NCBI RefSeq assembly: GCF_036321535.1
Contig: NC_087447.1
Coordinates: forward strand, 40,860,001-40,924,000
Source of the DNA: Camelus dromedarius
Lineage: Eukaryota
Direction: 5' to 3'
DNA: 64,000 nt
Below the pieces are notes generated by a model. The model ran no database searches. It was not told the origin of the DNA and saw nothing but the letters and a program-made list of their open reading frames with translations. Shown in pieces: positions 12,640 to 24,252 of this stretch; the first letter of the stretch is position 1, and every line of letters starts with the position of its first letter. Both the position numbers and the translations under genes were made by a program.

Positions 12640-13400
12640 ATTATACTCCTGTCCTGCTCTTACCAAGACACTGTATAGATATTGCAGAAAACAATTTAAA
12701 ATAGCTTACAAAGAAAAAAAAGATAAAAGACAGTGAAGCTTTTAGACTAGAACTTGAAAACCAAAGCTTTAGCAAAAGTAGAGAAGCAAAAATGCAGATA
12801 GAACCAGATGATTAGTCATTATATTGGTTTCTGAGCTTCCTGGCAGCCTTGGCAAAAAGGTAAATGTGACAGGTTATGTATTTACATTTAGGTTTAAAGA
12901 AAACCACAAGTTCTTTATGTGTTTTTTTCAGCTAAGTTCTGAGAGGTATTTATCATATATGTATTATATATAGTATATAATAGGATGTTTATTATACATA
13001 ACAGGCAATATCTTAGACAACAGTTTTCTAGCAAATGTAGAAGTGCTTTTGATATAGCCCTTTCTTGCTTTGGCAATTGGCATGAAAACCTAATTAAGTA
13101 AAGAGACTTTGCAAAGACTGAGCCAGTATTATCTAGGGTATTTCAGGCCTTTAAAAAAAAATTTTTTTTTTTGATAGCAGTTGTTTGGTTGGGGCTAAGG
13201 GAATCCTCTATTCTAATCAGTAGCTAATATTTGGGATGCAGCTGTCTGAGAACAGAATTTTTTTCCTAGCCAGTCTACCAGAAACCTTTATTCTAGTTCA
13301 CTGTTAATAGAGCTCAGAGGTACAAAGGGGCAGGCAGCTCCTACAAGAACCAAAAGCCTTTTCATCTCTTGCTGCCACCATCTAAGTAGGCTTTTCTGTG
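12640..13400 (-). mobile_element. Ancient LINE fragment (L4/RTE-X-like)
   Basis: ctgagcttcctggcagccttggcaaaaagg at 12831 is the approximate reverse complement of 21044-21070. Family name is from memory. Confidence 0.45.
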
Positions 13401-13474
13401 TCTGATTTCATTTCCTGTGCATCAGGAGTTCACAATCTTATTTTAACCCCAGCACCGTACCGGAACAATCGATC

Positions 13475-13940
13475 CTGTTTTGTTAGCCTTTGCATATAGC
13501 AAACCACCTCCAGAAGTTCATGGCTTAAAACAGCCACCATTCACTGGCTTACAATTCTGCAATAGGGCAGCTTGTCTCTGCTCTGCAAGACATCAGAGTG
13601 TCAGCTAGGATCCTTCACCTGTTTGCAATCTACTAGGGGTTGAAGGATACAAGATGACATTACTCATGTCTAGGGCTTCAGTGGGGTGACTGAAATGACC
13701 GGGGACTCCCTGGGTCACTCATCCTCTAGAAGACTAGTTCCAGCTTCCTTAGGGGAGCAAGAGAGTAAAAGCAAATCTGCAAGGCCTCCTAGGACCTGAG
13801 CCTAGAATGTGCACAGGGTCCCTCCTGCTGCATCCTGTCATCCCAGCATCAGCCCAGATCCAGTGTGCAAAGCAGCTACACAGGATGTGAATTCAGAGAG
13901 ATGGGGCTCATGGGAGATCATTTGTGGATCATAGCCACAG
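13475..13940 (-). mobile_element. Old MaLR LTR (MLT1)
   Basis: gcaaaccacctcc...catggcttaaaacagccaccatt...gcttacaattctgc pattern. Confidence 0.6.
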
Positions 13941-14799
13941 CCCTGTCCCATCAACACCTCAGTAATGGCGGTCCCCAAGGGCAGCGATTCTCACCTGGAG
14001 GCGGGAAGGGGGACAAGGGAACGGGCATGTCCTCCCTGGGGCAGGGAGTGGGGCTCATTCGGTACTAGCCTGGTTCTTACTCCTCGTCCTGTGCACTTAC
14101 CACTTAATGGCCACCATCAAAAGTCAAAATATCAGGCTTTATGGGCTCCATTTAAAATTTCAAAAAGGAATTATGGTGAGTGGACCTTTGAAGTCATAAA
14201 ACAGTTAGTATTTTAAGAGGCCTCCTGGTAAATCATGCCTGAAGACCTTGTTAGTGTGGGGCACACTGACTTACACTACTGCACTGCCGACTTCCTGACA
14301 TTTGAGAGACAGCGGCGTCCCCAGGCCTCCCCCATCAGCGGTGCCAATCGGAGAGCATGAGATCATTTTCTCATTGGCTAGAGTGAGATGCACAGGGTGT
14401 AGATGGTAGCCCAGATGTCAGCTGAGTTTTCTCCAGGCTGAATGAGAGCACTTGACAGTCCCCTCTGACCCTCCCACCAGACAAGGGTCACACTATGTGA
14501 AAGGATGAGCTGGATGACAACAAAAGCCACCTGCTCATCACTTCTCCAGAAGCTGGAAAGCTGGAAGTGCAAGATAGCAAAGACACTGGATAACAGAGTC
14601 AGGGGGAAAACACTTTTTCAAAGAAAAAGATGTATAAATCTTTTAAAAGACTGAATTAAAGGCAAGTAAACGTAAGATCCTGTTTTGGCTCAGAGCACGT
14701 GCATGCCTGCACCCACCCACACACATGAAGAGGTGGGAGGGAGGTCTGACTTAGCAGCACCATGTGGAAAGAACCAAGAGGTATGTGCTTCCAGTAAGC

Positions 14800-15360
14800 T
14801 CAAGTCAAAAGTAGGCAAATTTAGTGTGACTTTCAGTTGTATTAATAGGGACATAGAATCTAGATTAAGGGAGGTGATTATTTCCCTCTATTCTGTATAG
14901 CCCAGTTCACTCCAGAAAAATTAGGCCAATTTCTAGCTTCATAATTTTAAAGTGTTAGGGGAAAACTAACATAATTAGAGGGAAGTTCAACATGATAAAA
15001 AGAAAAAAAAAACTTGAATTTAAGAGATACAAGGAAATATAGGAGGACCTGAAGACACTGACCTAGAGAAAACCTCCGCAAGGACTGAAGGTTAGTCTCC
15101 AACTCTAAAGGGTTGCTGTGTGGAAGAGGGGCTTAATTTGCCCTCTATGACCCCAAAAATGTCTTGGACCAACGAGTGGAAGGTTGAGGGGCGTGGCCTT
15201 TAGAGGGCGAAAGGAGAAAGAGCGTCTAATAGCTAGAATGGATTCCCCGGGGCGCCCTGTCACTGCAGGGGCCGCATGGTCACTCAGCAGGATGCACAGA
15301 GGGGGTTCAAACCTTTGATGGGGAACTAGTTCAAAATGAACTTTCAAATCCTAACTCTAA
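14800..15360 (+). mobile_element. L3/CR1 LINE fragment
   Basis: agggaggtgattatttccctctattctg... and acctagagaaaa... resemble the CR1 RT 3' region. Confidence 0.45.
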
Positions 15361-15598
15361 GTTTTGGGATCCATAGGGACTTGCCCAAGGTCACAGGGCT
15401 CGTTAGTAGCTGTCCAGCACCAGAGTCTCCTGCCTCCATCTCAGCGCATTAGCCTCGGAGTCACAGTTTCCTCATCTCTGTAATGAGAACTCAAGCAGGA
15501 GGGAAAAGAGCAGCCTCTGGGCCACATCTGACCCATCCACACAGACCTATTTGTTTGGCCAGCATCGCGTGGTAAAAGACTTGAAATCACATAACAAC

Positions 15599-16085
15599 CA
15601 TATTCCTTTCCTAGGGCTGCAAAGTATCTGGCACCACAAACTGGATGGCTTAGAATAGATGTATTGCCTCTCAGTTCTGGAGGCTGGAAGTCCAAAATTA
15701 AGGTGTTGGCAGGACCGTGCTCCCTCGGAAGGTGGTAGGGAGGGGTCTGTTCCAGGTCTCCCTCCCATCTTTTGGACCCTCAGATGGTCCTTGGATGCTA
15801 GATAGCCATCATCTCTTTATATTTCTTCACACTGTCTTCCTTCTGTGTGTGTGTCTCTGTGTCCAAATTTCCCCCTTTTATAAGAACATCAATCTTATTG
15901 GATTAGTACCTAATGACCTAACTTAACTTGGTTAAATCTGTAAAGATTTTATTTCCAAATAAGGCCATATTCTGGGTTCTGGGTGTTAGAATTCACCATA
16001 TTCTTTAGGGGGGGAACAGTTCAATCCGTAACAGTCCACTCTGATTCCCCCAAATTCATGTCCTTCCCACATGCAAAACATCCCC
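15599..16085 (-). mobile_element. MaLR LTR (MLT1C-like) with a short adjoining internal-sequence stub
   Basis: ttcctagggctgc...cagttctggaggctggaagtccaaaattaaggtgttggcagg...cagttcaatccgtaaca, then gtccactctg...cccaaattcatgtcctt. Confidence 0.82.
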
Positions 16086-17082
16086 ATGGACGTCAAAAAC
16101 TGGTTTAGGAACAGGTTGCAATGCTAATACATGGGAAGCAGAATTAAAATACTGTCCTCTTTCTCCTACACTGTGCTCCTGCCATGGGGTACACCTCATG
16201 CCCTCTTCTCAGACCTGGGGAGCTCCCTGTTTGGTGCCCCAGACTGGGCACCAAGGGACATGCAGCTCCTGACATCCTCTGATAAGGACGGGGCTCAGCC
16301 CAGGGTGGGGTCTGCCCCAGGACTTGGGCCTGGGCAGGCTGGGAGGAGGGGAGATTGGAAATCAAGTCCTGGGGAGATGCTGGGTTTGGAGGTCAGCCAA
16401 TGTGGTCCACTCAGGCCATCATTTTGGGAGAGGGGGGCAAAACAGGCTATTGCCTGAGCTGCAATGGAAAATGCAATGAACATGGCTACTAATGTCTGTT
16501 TATGGTTATGAAGATGCAGGGGAATCAGATGCTTAGCCAGGCCCAGCAACAGCCAGCAACAGACCAACAGCAGCCACTAACATAGGCACAGCTCCTGGTC
16601 ATCCACTTGCTGGGAGGATGGAGGTCCAGGCTAGGCGTGGGTCTTGGGCGGTAGTCTCTACAGATGGAGCTTCCTCTGGGGACTAGGGGAGGACTGGCAG
16701 AAAGCACTGGGGGATAAGGAAGCTGCTGAACAGAGGAGAAGAATGTGGCTTTTGCGGTCGTTAGACTGGGCTTGAACTAGACTCCCGCTCACAAGCTGCA
16801 TCGGACAAATTGATCACCCTCCCGAGCCACATCTTCCCAGGGGCTCGTTGGGAAGGGTAAATGTACCATGTGTGAGAGGCATGCTACTTGGCTCAATAAA
16901 CACTGTTTTGCTTCTATTTTCCCCTTCAAAGCCGAGCTGCGCTGGCCAGCCTGGGGGACACTAAGGAAGACCTGGGGACTGGCCCCTCCTGCCTCTTTCT
17001 GGGGGTCAGCTTATCCCAAAGGGGTGGATGTCTTGATCGTCACTGCCCTCATGACACTAACGGTGCGTTTTCTCCATCATAG

Positions 17083-17266
17083 AGGAATTAAAGGAGAAGC
17101 TGACAGAGTATGTGGACAAAGTGAACGGCCAGAAACCTGGCTTCATCAAGGTCGTGCGCCACAGCAAGCAGGAAGGCCTCATTCGCTCCAGGGTCAGCGG
17201 CTGGAGGGCTGCCACCGCCCCCGTGGTGGCGCTTTTTGATGCACACGTGGAGTTCAACGTGGGCTG
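17083..17266 (+). CDS. GALNT18: GALNT18 coding exon (~exon 4, 184 nt, phase 1->2): (E)ELKEKLTEYVDKVNGQKPGFIKVVRHSKQEGLIRSRVSGWRAATAPVVALFDAHVEFNVG(W)
   Basis: Acceptor tttctccatcatag|AG, branch-like CACTAAC at 17055-17061, donor TG|gtaagt. Encodes GLIRSR and the DxH motif (DAH, 17238-17246). Not shown in this frame in the ORF track. Confidence 0.96.
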
Positions 17267-18863
17267 GTAAGTGCCCATCTGGAGCTGAGGAGGATGAGTC
17301 CCACTGTGGTCCAGGGGCTCTGGGTCGCGTGGGTGCAAAGCCTGCTGGGATCTCAGTCCTGAAGGGGGAAGAAGAGATCTGGGTGTGAGAGTGACCCAGG
17401 CCACAGGGCTGGCCCTTCAGGCTGGGAGAGGGTCAGGGGTCAACACGTCAACACACAGTGTCTCCAGGGTTGGTGACATCAGATGTGACTCCAGCTGGCA
17501 TATTCCTCTAGGAGACATGATGGGAGAGAGGGGTAAATGTTCAGGGCAAAGTGAGAGTGCCAGCCCAGTAAGGACCAGGTGCAACCCCGGGAAAGGGAGA
17601 GCTGACCAGACACGAGGCAGAAGCTCACCCCACAGACAGGGCCAAGACCAAGGGGGCAGGAGCAGGTAAGGTGGCTTGGCATTCTCACAGGTGCCCTGGG
17701 TCCCCCAGATGCCAGGCTAGGGGCAGCACTGCATCTCAGGTTCTTTCTACAAGTGCAACTAGGTTTTAGAAAACCTTTCTTTCTCTGGTCAGGGCTGCTC
17801 AGGTGCTGGGTAGGGGGCAAGGCCTTGGTGGCTACAGCCACGCAGGGACAGGGCACCTGACACCAGAAGGCATGCTGTGGCCTTATTGTGTGTGGCTTTG
17901 CAGAGAGCCTGGGTGTAGGGGGCCCAGGTACTGGGAACGGCCGTGTGCACTGCCCCCTATACACTACGCCTGATGGCGCTGAGGTCCGCTGTGCCCCCCA
18001 GACGCCAGGTGCCACCTTCTGCCTCCCTGTGGTGAAAAGGGCCCTTTAGCAGGACAGAGCAGCGGCATGCACACGGCAGGACTGGATCCGGGCATACTTT
18101 TACATAACAGGCGTGAATTAAGGCTATAATGCAGCCATTTTTTATAGTTGAAGTCCCTGCTTGCCATTTGTGACTATTTAAAAAGCATTTTCCGTGGATT
18201 TATGGCCAGAGAGGAGAGGGACACTTACTATTTCAAGCCGATTTGAATAAACAATTATGCAACACATGCATTATTAATGAGAAGCTTATCATTCCTGTCT
18301 GCAAACATTTTACTCGCTTGGTGCCCACAGGGGCTCCTGGCTCCACGGAAGCCCGACCCCTCAACTCTTCTTGGTCAGTGGGGACGCGTGGGGTGAGGGT
18401 GGCATGTCTGGAAAAACCGAAGCAGCGTCACGTGATGGGTGGAAGTAGGTTTGTTCTCACCCCCCGTGCCTCTGCCATCCTCAACTGCCTTCCTCTCCTG
18501 GATGATGCACTGAATTTTAGCAAAATCAAAGCCCAAGTTGAAAGCTTCCCATGGAACCTCAGATCTGTTCCCTTTCTTCTTTCTTAAGTCTTGATTTTTT
18601 TTTTTCTAATGGGAAAAAGGAAAACAAGCAGACACCAGGCTGTAAGGCACTAAGAATCTGTCAGCTCTGCCTGGGACATGCTGGAGGAGGGGTCCGGTCT
18701 CTTGCCACCCCAGGAATCTGGGGGTGGGCAGTCGAATAGGGACTCCTTCCCGGGAGGCGGAGCAGTTCTCCCTGGAGGAGATGGCCAAGCGTCCCTTCCT
18801 CCTTCTGTGAGGAAGGGGCTTCAGGAAGTGCCCGTGTCCCCTCTCTCCCTCCCTCCTGCCCAG

Positions 18864-19061
18864 GGCTGAACCCGTGCTCACCCGCATTAAGGAGAACCGG
18901 AAACGGATCATCTCCCCATCCTTTGACAACATCAAATATGACAACTTTGAGATAGAAGAGTACCCGCTGGCCGCCCAGGGCTTTGACTGGGAACTGTGGT
19001 GCCGCTACCTAAACCCCCCCAAGGCCTGGTGGAAACTGGAGAACTCCACGGCCCCCATCAG
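18864..19061 (+). CDS. GALNT18: GALNT18 coding exon (~exon 5, 198 nt, phase 2->2): AEPVLTRIKENRKRIISPSFDNIKYDNFEIEEYPLAAQGFDWELWCRYLNPPKAWWKLENSTAPI(R)
   Basis: Long pyrimidine tract then cag|G; donor AG|gtaaag. Matches ORF 18874..19065 and continues the frame of the previous exon. Confidence 0.97.
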
Positions 19062-20559
19062 GTAAAGCATCCTTCCCTGGGCATCTCTCTGCCTTGTCTT
19101 CCAGGCAAGGGCTCTCCTCCCAGCCCAACCCTTGTTCCCCAAACTGGGGAGGTGGGTGGGGCAAGGTGGAGGTGGAAAGAAATCACGAATGACCTTCAGT
19201 CACAGCTTACAGCCTCTGATGATCCCTTTTCAAAGACCTGTGGTACCCAGAATCCGGAATCCGTTCACAGGCTCAAAGTGACTCAGGTCAACACATCACC
19301 GTGGGACACCTGCTGGGTGCCAACTGCTGTCCTGGGTGCTGGGGATCCAGAGTGATCAAGACTCAATTTTTACCCCTAAAAGCCCGGAGTCTAGTGAAGA
19401 CAAACAAAATAATTGAAATAAAATGATGGGAATAGCAAATGATTCCCCATACTGGTGCCAAGTGCGTGGACAGTGGGGAGGGTCCTTTTCAGAGAGTGGA
19501 GCACTTGCACTTGTTTTTAAGGGTGAGTAGGAGATGATGAGGTTGGGGCAAGGAAGGACACTCAGATTTGAAAGAGCAGAATGGGTTCCTGGACCCAGAG
19601 TAGGTTCACAGGGACTGAAAGGAAGGGGGACGGTGAGGGGGCAGCCCCAGGCAATGAGGCTGAGGGGCAGAGAGGCAAGACCAGCCCCCACAGCACCTTG
19701 TATGCCTGGCTGATGTTTCAGCTTATCCTGTAGGACTCAGAAAAAGGCTTCAAACCACCTTTCAGGATCCCAAACACTTTCTGCCTTCACTACTGCCTTC
19801 AGAGACACCTGAGTGAGTCCCTTAGGTAGCCTCTATTTTATGGGTTAGGGCTCCTGAAATAGCCAAACCCACCAGCCTTTATTTCTATCTGATTAATCAC
19901 TGATCAGGTGTCTTTATGCTCCCTGCAAAGTCCCACCCATTAAACACACAGATGGCATCAGAAGGTGGCCTTGGGGACAGTTCCTGAAATGAAAGAGAAG
20001 ATTAGAAACTGATGTTGCTTTGTATTACGTGAGGGAGAAAGCTTATGAAAAATTTAATTGAAAGTGGGTGATTATTATCTAAGATCACAGTTTTTCTTGC
20101 CAGAAGAAAAATACTGCATTCGTATTAAACACAGGAGGGAAGCAAACTCCACCTTGCTCTCCCGTGGTTGTCTCTGTCCCCCATCTGTTAGGCCCTTGCC
20201 ACAGTTTTGTATTTGTTAAATATTTGCTGGGAGGTCACTGTGTGCAAGGGCCTCTTACACACATTGTTTCATTTGCTCTTTGTCATAACCTGGTGACAGT
20301 TCATGGTGTCATTCCTGTTTTACAAGATAAGGAAAGCAAGATGGACAAAGGGAAACGGCCCGGACAAAGGCTCTGGCCAGTTTGGCCAGGATCCAAACCC
20401 GGGTCAGCTAGATTCCATGCCTAGTCATTTCCCTTTCAGGCACCACTGTTGAGCTCAGAACTGATGTGGCTGGATTCCGCCCCTAGGTCTGTTAAATGCT
20501 CCTGGGGGGAAATATGCTGTCACATAATGAGTGTTCTTGCAGGAGACTGCACTGGTATT

Positions 20560-21270
20560 AGCTGTTTCTATTCCACTCATCTCTAAATGTATCAGCCTGG
20601 ACTTAATCAGTAAACCCACATTCTAGGTCCTTGACAGAGAATATTATCTCAACCTCAAAATTTCCATCACCTAATTTTTATCAAAAACTGAGAGAAATTC
20701 TATTAATGGAAGATTTTGGAAGAATGTTCCTCATTTTATCCGTAGATGAAGACAGCCCCACAGAAAGCTGTGGGTTATACAAATGTATCTCCTATTTCCT
20801 TGGAGCTGTACTTTAGTGCTTTGCCCACACCTGATGTAAGCTACAGAAAAGCCCAGAGATATCCTCTGTTGCTTTCTAAAGGGATAACTTTGAGATGGTT
20901 GTCACTACGTCCCAGAGTAACCTCTTTAAAGAGACTGACGTGAGAAATTTCTTTCAAACCGAAAGGCTTGCTATTCCTGAGAAATTAGTATGATATTTCC
21001 ACATGGGGACTGTAACTCTTATTTCTAAAACCATGTATATTCATTTTCACCTTGGCCACCAGGAAGCTCAGGGTCACCTTTATGAGTCCACTTTAAGAAT
21101 CATGAAGAGGAGGCATGCATTCTAATAGCCCCTAATTTTTGCTGAAATTTTGGCATTTTCAGACATTTATCTATTTTGTTTTTCAACGTATTTTACATTT
21201 TCTTGTAAGCTATTTCTAATAGCTTAATTTCTAACTTGGGGAATGAGGCAAGATATAAATCAATAACCCT
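20560..21270 (+). mobile_element. Ancient LINE fragment (L4/RTE-X-like)
   Basis: caccttggccaccaggaagctcag...cttgtaagcta...; inverted homologue of 12640-13400. Confidence 0.45.
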
Positions 21271-22369
21271 TTCAGCCTGATTGAATCCACTTACTACCCT
21301 AGCTGGTTAATAGGTAATAGACTGAGGGGGCTTGTGCTCTTCCCAGAGTAACTGTTTTAGATTCTGTTCTTTCCCTGACTGAGCCTGGCCATTTGGGGAA
21401 GGCCCCTCCTGCATGTCCTGGAATGCCCTGCCTTGCTCAGCATTTCAGTAATGTCAAGAAAAAGCTTGAGAGCCCACTCTGCAGGTCTGATGCTTTAACA
21501 TCACCATGCATTTAGAGAGAGGGGATTCTCTGGGTTTCTTCAATATGCAAGTGCCTCTTTTAAAATGCTCTTTTGAGTACCAGTTGTGTCCCAGAGGTTT
21601 CCACGTGTTTTACATTATTTAATTTAACCCTGGTGAGATTATAGTTGATTCTATTTCATAGATATGGAATCAGAGGCTCAGAGAGGCTAGGGAATTCCTT
21701 TCAGAGATACACAGCCAGAATGGGAACCCTTCCCCCGGCACTTGCCTCTAAGTCCAGGTCAAGCATCCCCTACCAAAGTAGGAGCTGAGCCTAAAGGAGC
21801 AACAGATTGAGGTGGACTGACCTGGATGCCTGTGGTCTATGGAAGGTGAGGCCATTTGGAATAAAAGGCTGTAATTTGAAAGGAGGAGAGGCAGAGACTC
21901 CAAGGCACCAGTCTGCCTGAGCAGCCTCCTGCGTCAGCATTCTCCAAAGAAATGGCCTGCAAAATAGGTGTTTCTCCACCTTGATGACTTTCCAGTTTCA
22001 AATATGGGTCCTTTTGCATGTGAGTGACAGTTTTCTCATTGCTGAGGATTCTTCATTTCTCCTCTTCTTTCTCTTCCCCTCCAATTCCTCAGCCGCCAGC
22101 TGATAGGATGCTCTGCGAGGGCTAGAAATGGTAGCAGCGTGCAGTGGAACAATTCAAAGTCATTTGTGTAAGATGATGCTCTCAGAAGAGAAGCAGCCCA
22201 CATGTGCTCATGCTGATTCACCGAATGTGAATCTCCCCTTGTGACATCCCGCGCTGGGTGTGTGCACACAGCCAGCTGGGTGAGGCCCGCAGCACTCACA
22301 TGCGCTAAGGAAAGGACTTACCAGCTGCTGATGGGTTGCTCCAGCCTGAGGCCCCTGCTGAATTCCAAA

Positions 22370-22860
22370 CCAGACCAGCTACCTAGGCCCTGCCTGTTGG
22401 ATGGCTGTCTCCCCCTAGTGACCCACAGGCACCTTAAGATCAGTTTTCTCAGCCTGGAATCCTTCTTCCTTCTGCACCCAGCTTCTTCTCTGTCCCCCTG
22501 TTGACAGGGGCCTGTCACCCAAGCAGAAAGTCAGTTGGCATCCAGATTCCTCCTTTTCTCTCACCTTCATAGTTCATCTGTTTCAAAGTTCTGCCTATTT
22601 TACATCAAAGTGTGGCTTTCAATAATCCCGATCTCTGTTCCTGGTGCTCTGGTCCAGGTCTTCATCTCTCACCTGAGTATAGCAATAAACTAACTGGATT
22701 CCTCGATTTCCACCCAGTCTCCTCCGATCAATCACCCCACAGCTGCCTGAATATTCTTTTTACAAACACAGATTCTGTTCATACCACTGTCTGCTTAAAA
22801 TTCCTCATTGATACCCCTTTACCTACAGATAAAATCCAAATGATTTACTGGGCTGTCCAA
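22370..22860 (+). mobile_element. L2 fragment
   Basis: ggatggctgtc...cacaggcaccttaag...ctgtcacccaagcagaaa...ctgcttaaaattcctca. Confidence 0.55.
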
Positions 22861-23256
22861 AGTCCCAGCTCATCTTTCCAAAGGGACCGAGGTAAAAGGT
22901 GGGGAAGCTGGCGTGGATGCCCAGGTAGGAACAGAGACTGGCTGTACATTTGAGGGATACAGACACGTGATCTCAACTGGCAGGCTGAGCAGGACTTCTC
23001 TGGGCTAACACTTGCAAGTACCACCAGGAATGACAACTGGTCCCAGGCCAGAAGCCATGTGTTGCTGCCCTGATGAAACAGCCTTTCTGGAGTAGCTGGT
23101 GAGGGTAGACTAGGAGGGCCACTTGGAGAACGAGACCCACACCAGTTCTGGCACCAAAGGAATGGGGAGGATCAGATCGTCCTGGCAGGAAGGCAGCACT
23201 GCCCCCGATGAGACAGCCCCTCTGCTCACCGCTGGCCATCTTCCCATGCCCTGCAG

Positions 23257-23371
23257 GAGCCCAGCCCTCATTGGCTGCTTCATCGTGGACCGGCAGTACT
23301 TCCAGGAGATCGGCTTACTGGATGAAGGCATGGAGGTCTACGGAGGCGAGAATGTGGAGCTCGGGATCAGG
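23257..23371 (+). CDS. GALNT18: GALNT18 coding exon (~exon 6, 115 nt, phase 2->0): SPALIGCFIVDRQYFQEIGLLDEGMEVYGGENVELGIR
   Basis: Acceptor ccctgcag|G; donor AGG|gtaagc. Carries the Gal/GalNAc-T motif with YGGEN. Confidence 0.97.
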
Positions 23372-24188
23372 GTAAGCAGGATTTCTCGCCCGTGGGACTT
23401 GGCTCAGCTTCCGGAAGGTGAATGAGTCCAGGGGGTGGGGAGATGGGGCTCAGGACTGAGGGTGGCGGACTGATTCTGAAGGTCCAGTCCCTAACTTGGT
23501 CTGTGTGTGTGTGTGTGATCAATGCTGGTGGGTGTGTCATAGAGACACAGGGTGGGTCCTGTAGAATTTTCAGGAAGGAAAGGATGCCAGAAACTGCTTT
23601 GGCTGGGCTGGGGACATGGGTGGGTTGAGCTCCCAACTCAGGAAAACATCTTGGTTAAAACCAAACACAGGCTCCTCAAGGGTGAGCAGAGGGGCGCTCC
23701 AGGACGAAGCTGCCAGCATCGAGGGGGTGCTGGTCAGGAGGGACCCTCAGAGTTGCTTCGCTTCACTCTCCCCACCTTTGGCGTTTCTCACCCTGATTTT
23801 CTCCATCTCCTCCACAGTGGCTCACAGACCTTCCTAAAGACTTTGTCAAGAGAGGGCTACAGGGTACAAACAGCAAAACACAGCCGGGCTCACTCCATGC
23901 AGGTTTCTGACCCCACCACAGGCTGGTCAGACCCTTAGACCCCTCGTGCCTCACACCACTTTCCGGAGGTCGCCACTGTCCAGCCTCAAAGTGCAGGGCA
24001 TTCTGCAGCTATCAACGTGCGGTGTGCAGCCACAAGAGGCACCATTTAATCTCTCATCCTATAGGAACCTTTCAGAGGCTCTGGCCCGCTTTCCCTGGGC
24101 CCGTGAAACGGTAACTCCAAAATGAGCCTCTCCCCCACGTCTGAGGGACACATTAGGTCTCTGGGTGGTTGACAGAATTTGATGATGG

Positions 24189-24252
24189 ATACAGTGAAGG
24201 CCCTCATCCTATACAGTGAAGGCCCTCATCCTATACAGGGAAGCCTCATCCT
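24189..24252. repeat. 22-bp tandem repeat, about 3 units
   Basis: ATACAGTGAAGGCCCTCATCCT exact at 24189-24210 and 24211-24232; degenerate 20-bp third unit. Confidence 0.92.

Noticed and set aside
1..17082. Search for an additional upstream GALNT18 exon or a nested gene
   Set aside because: No segment encoding the expected preceding sequence (SIVFIFVNEA...EIILVDD) or any other recognisable protein was seen; treated as intron.
24189..24252. Repeat units of CRISPR-like length
   Set aside because: Head-to-tail with no spacers and no cas genes, in a mammalian intron.
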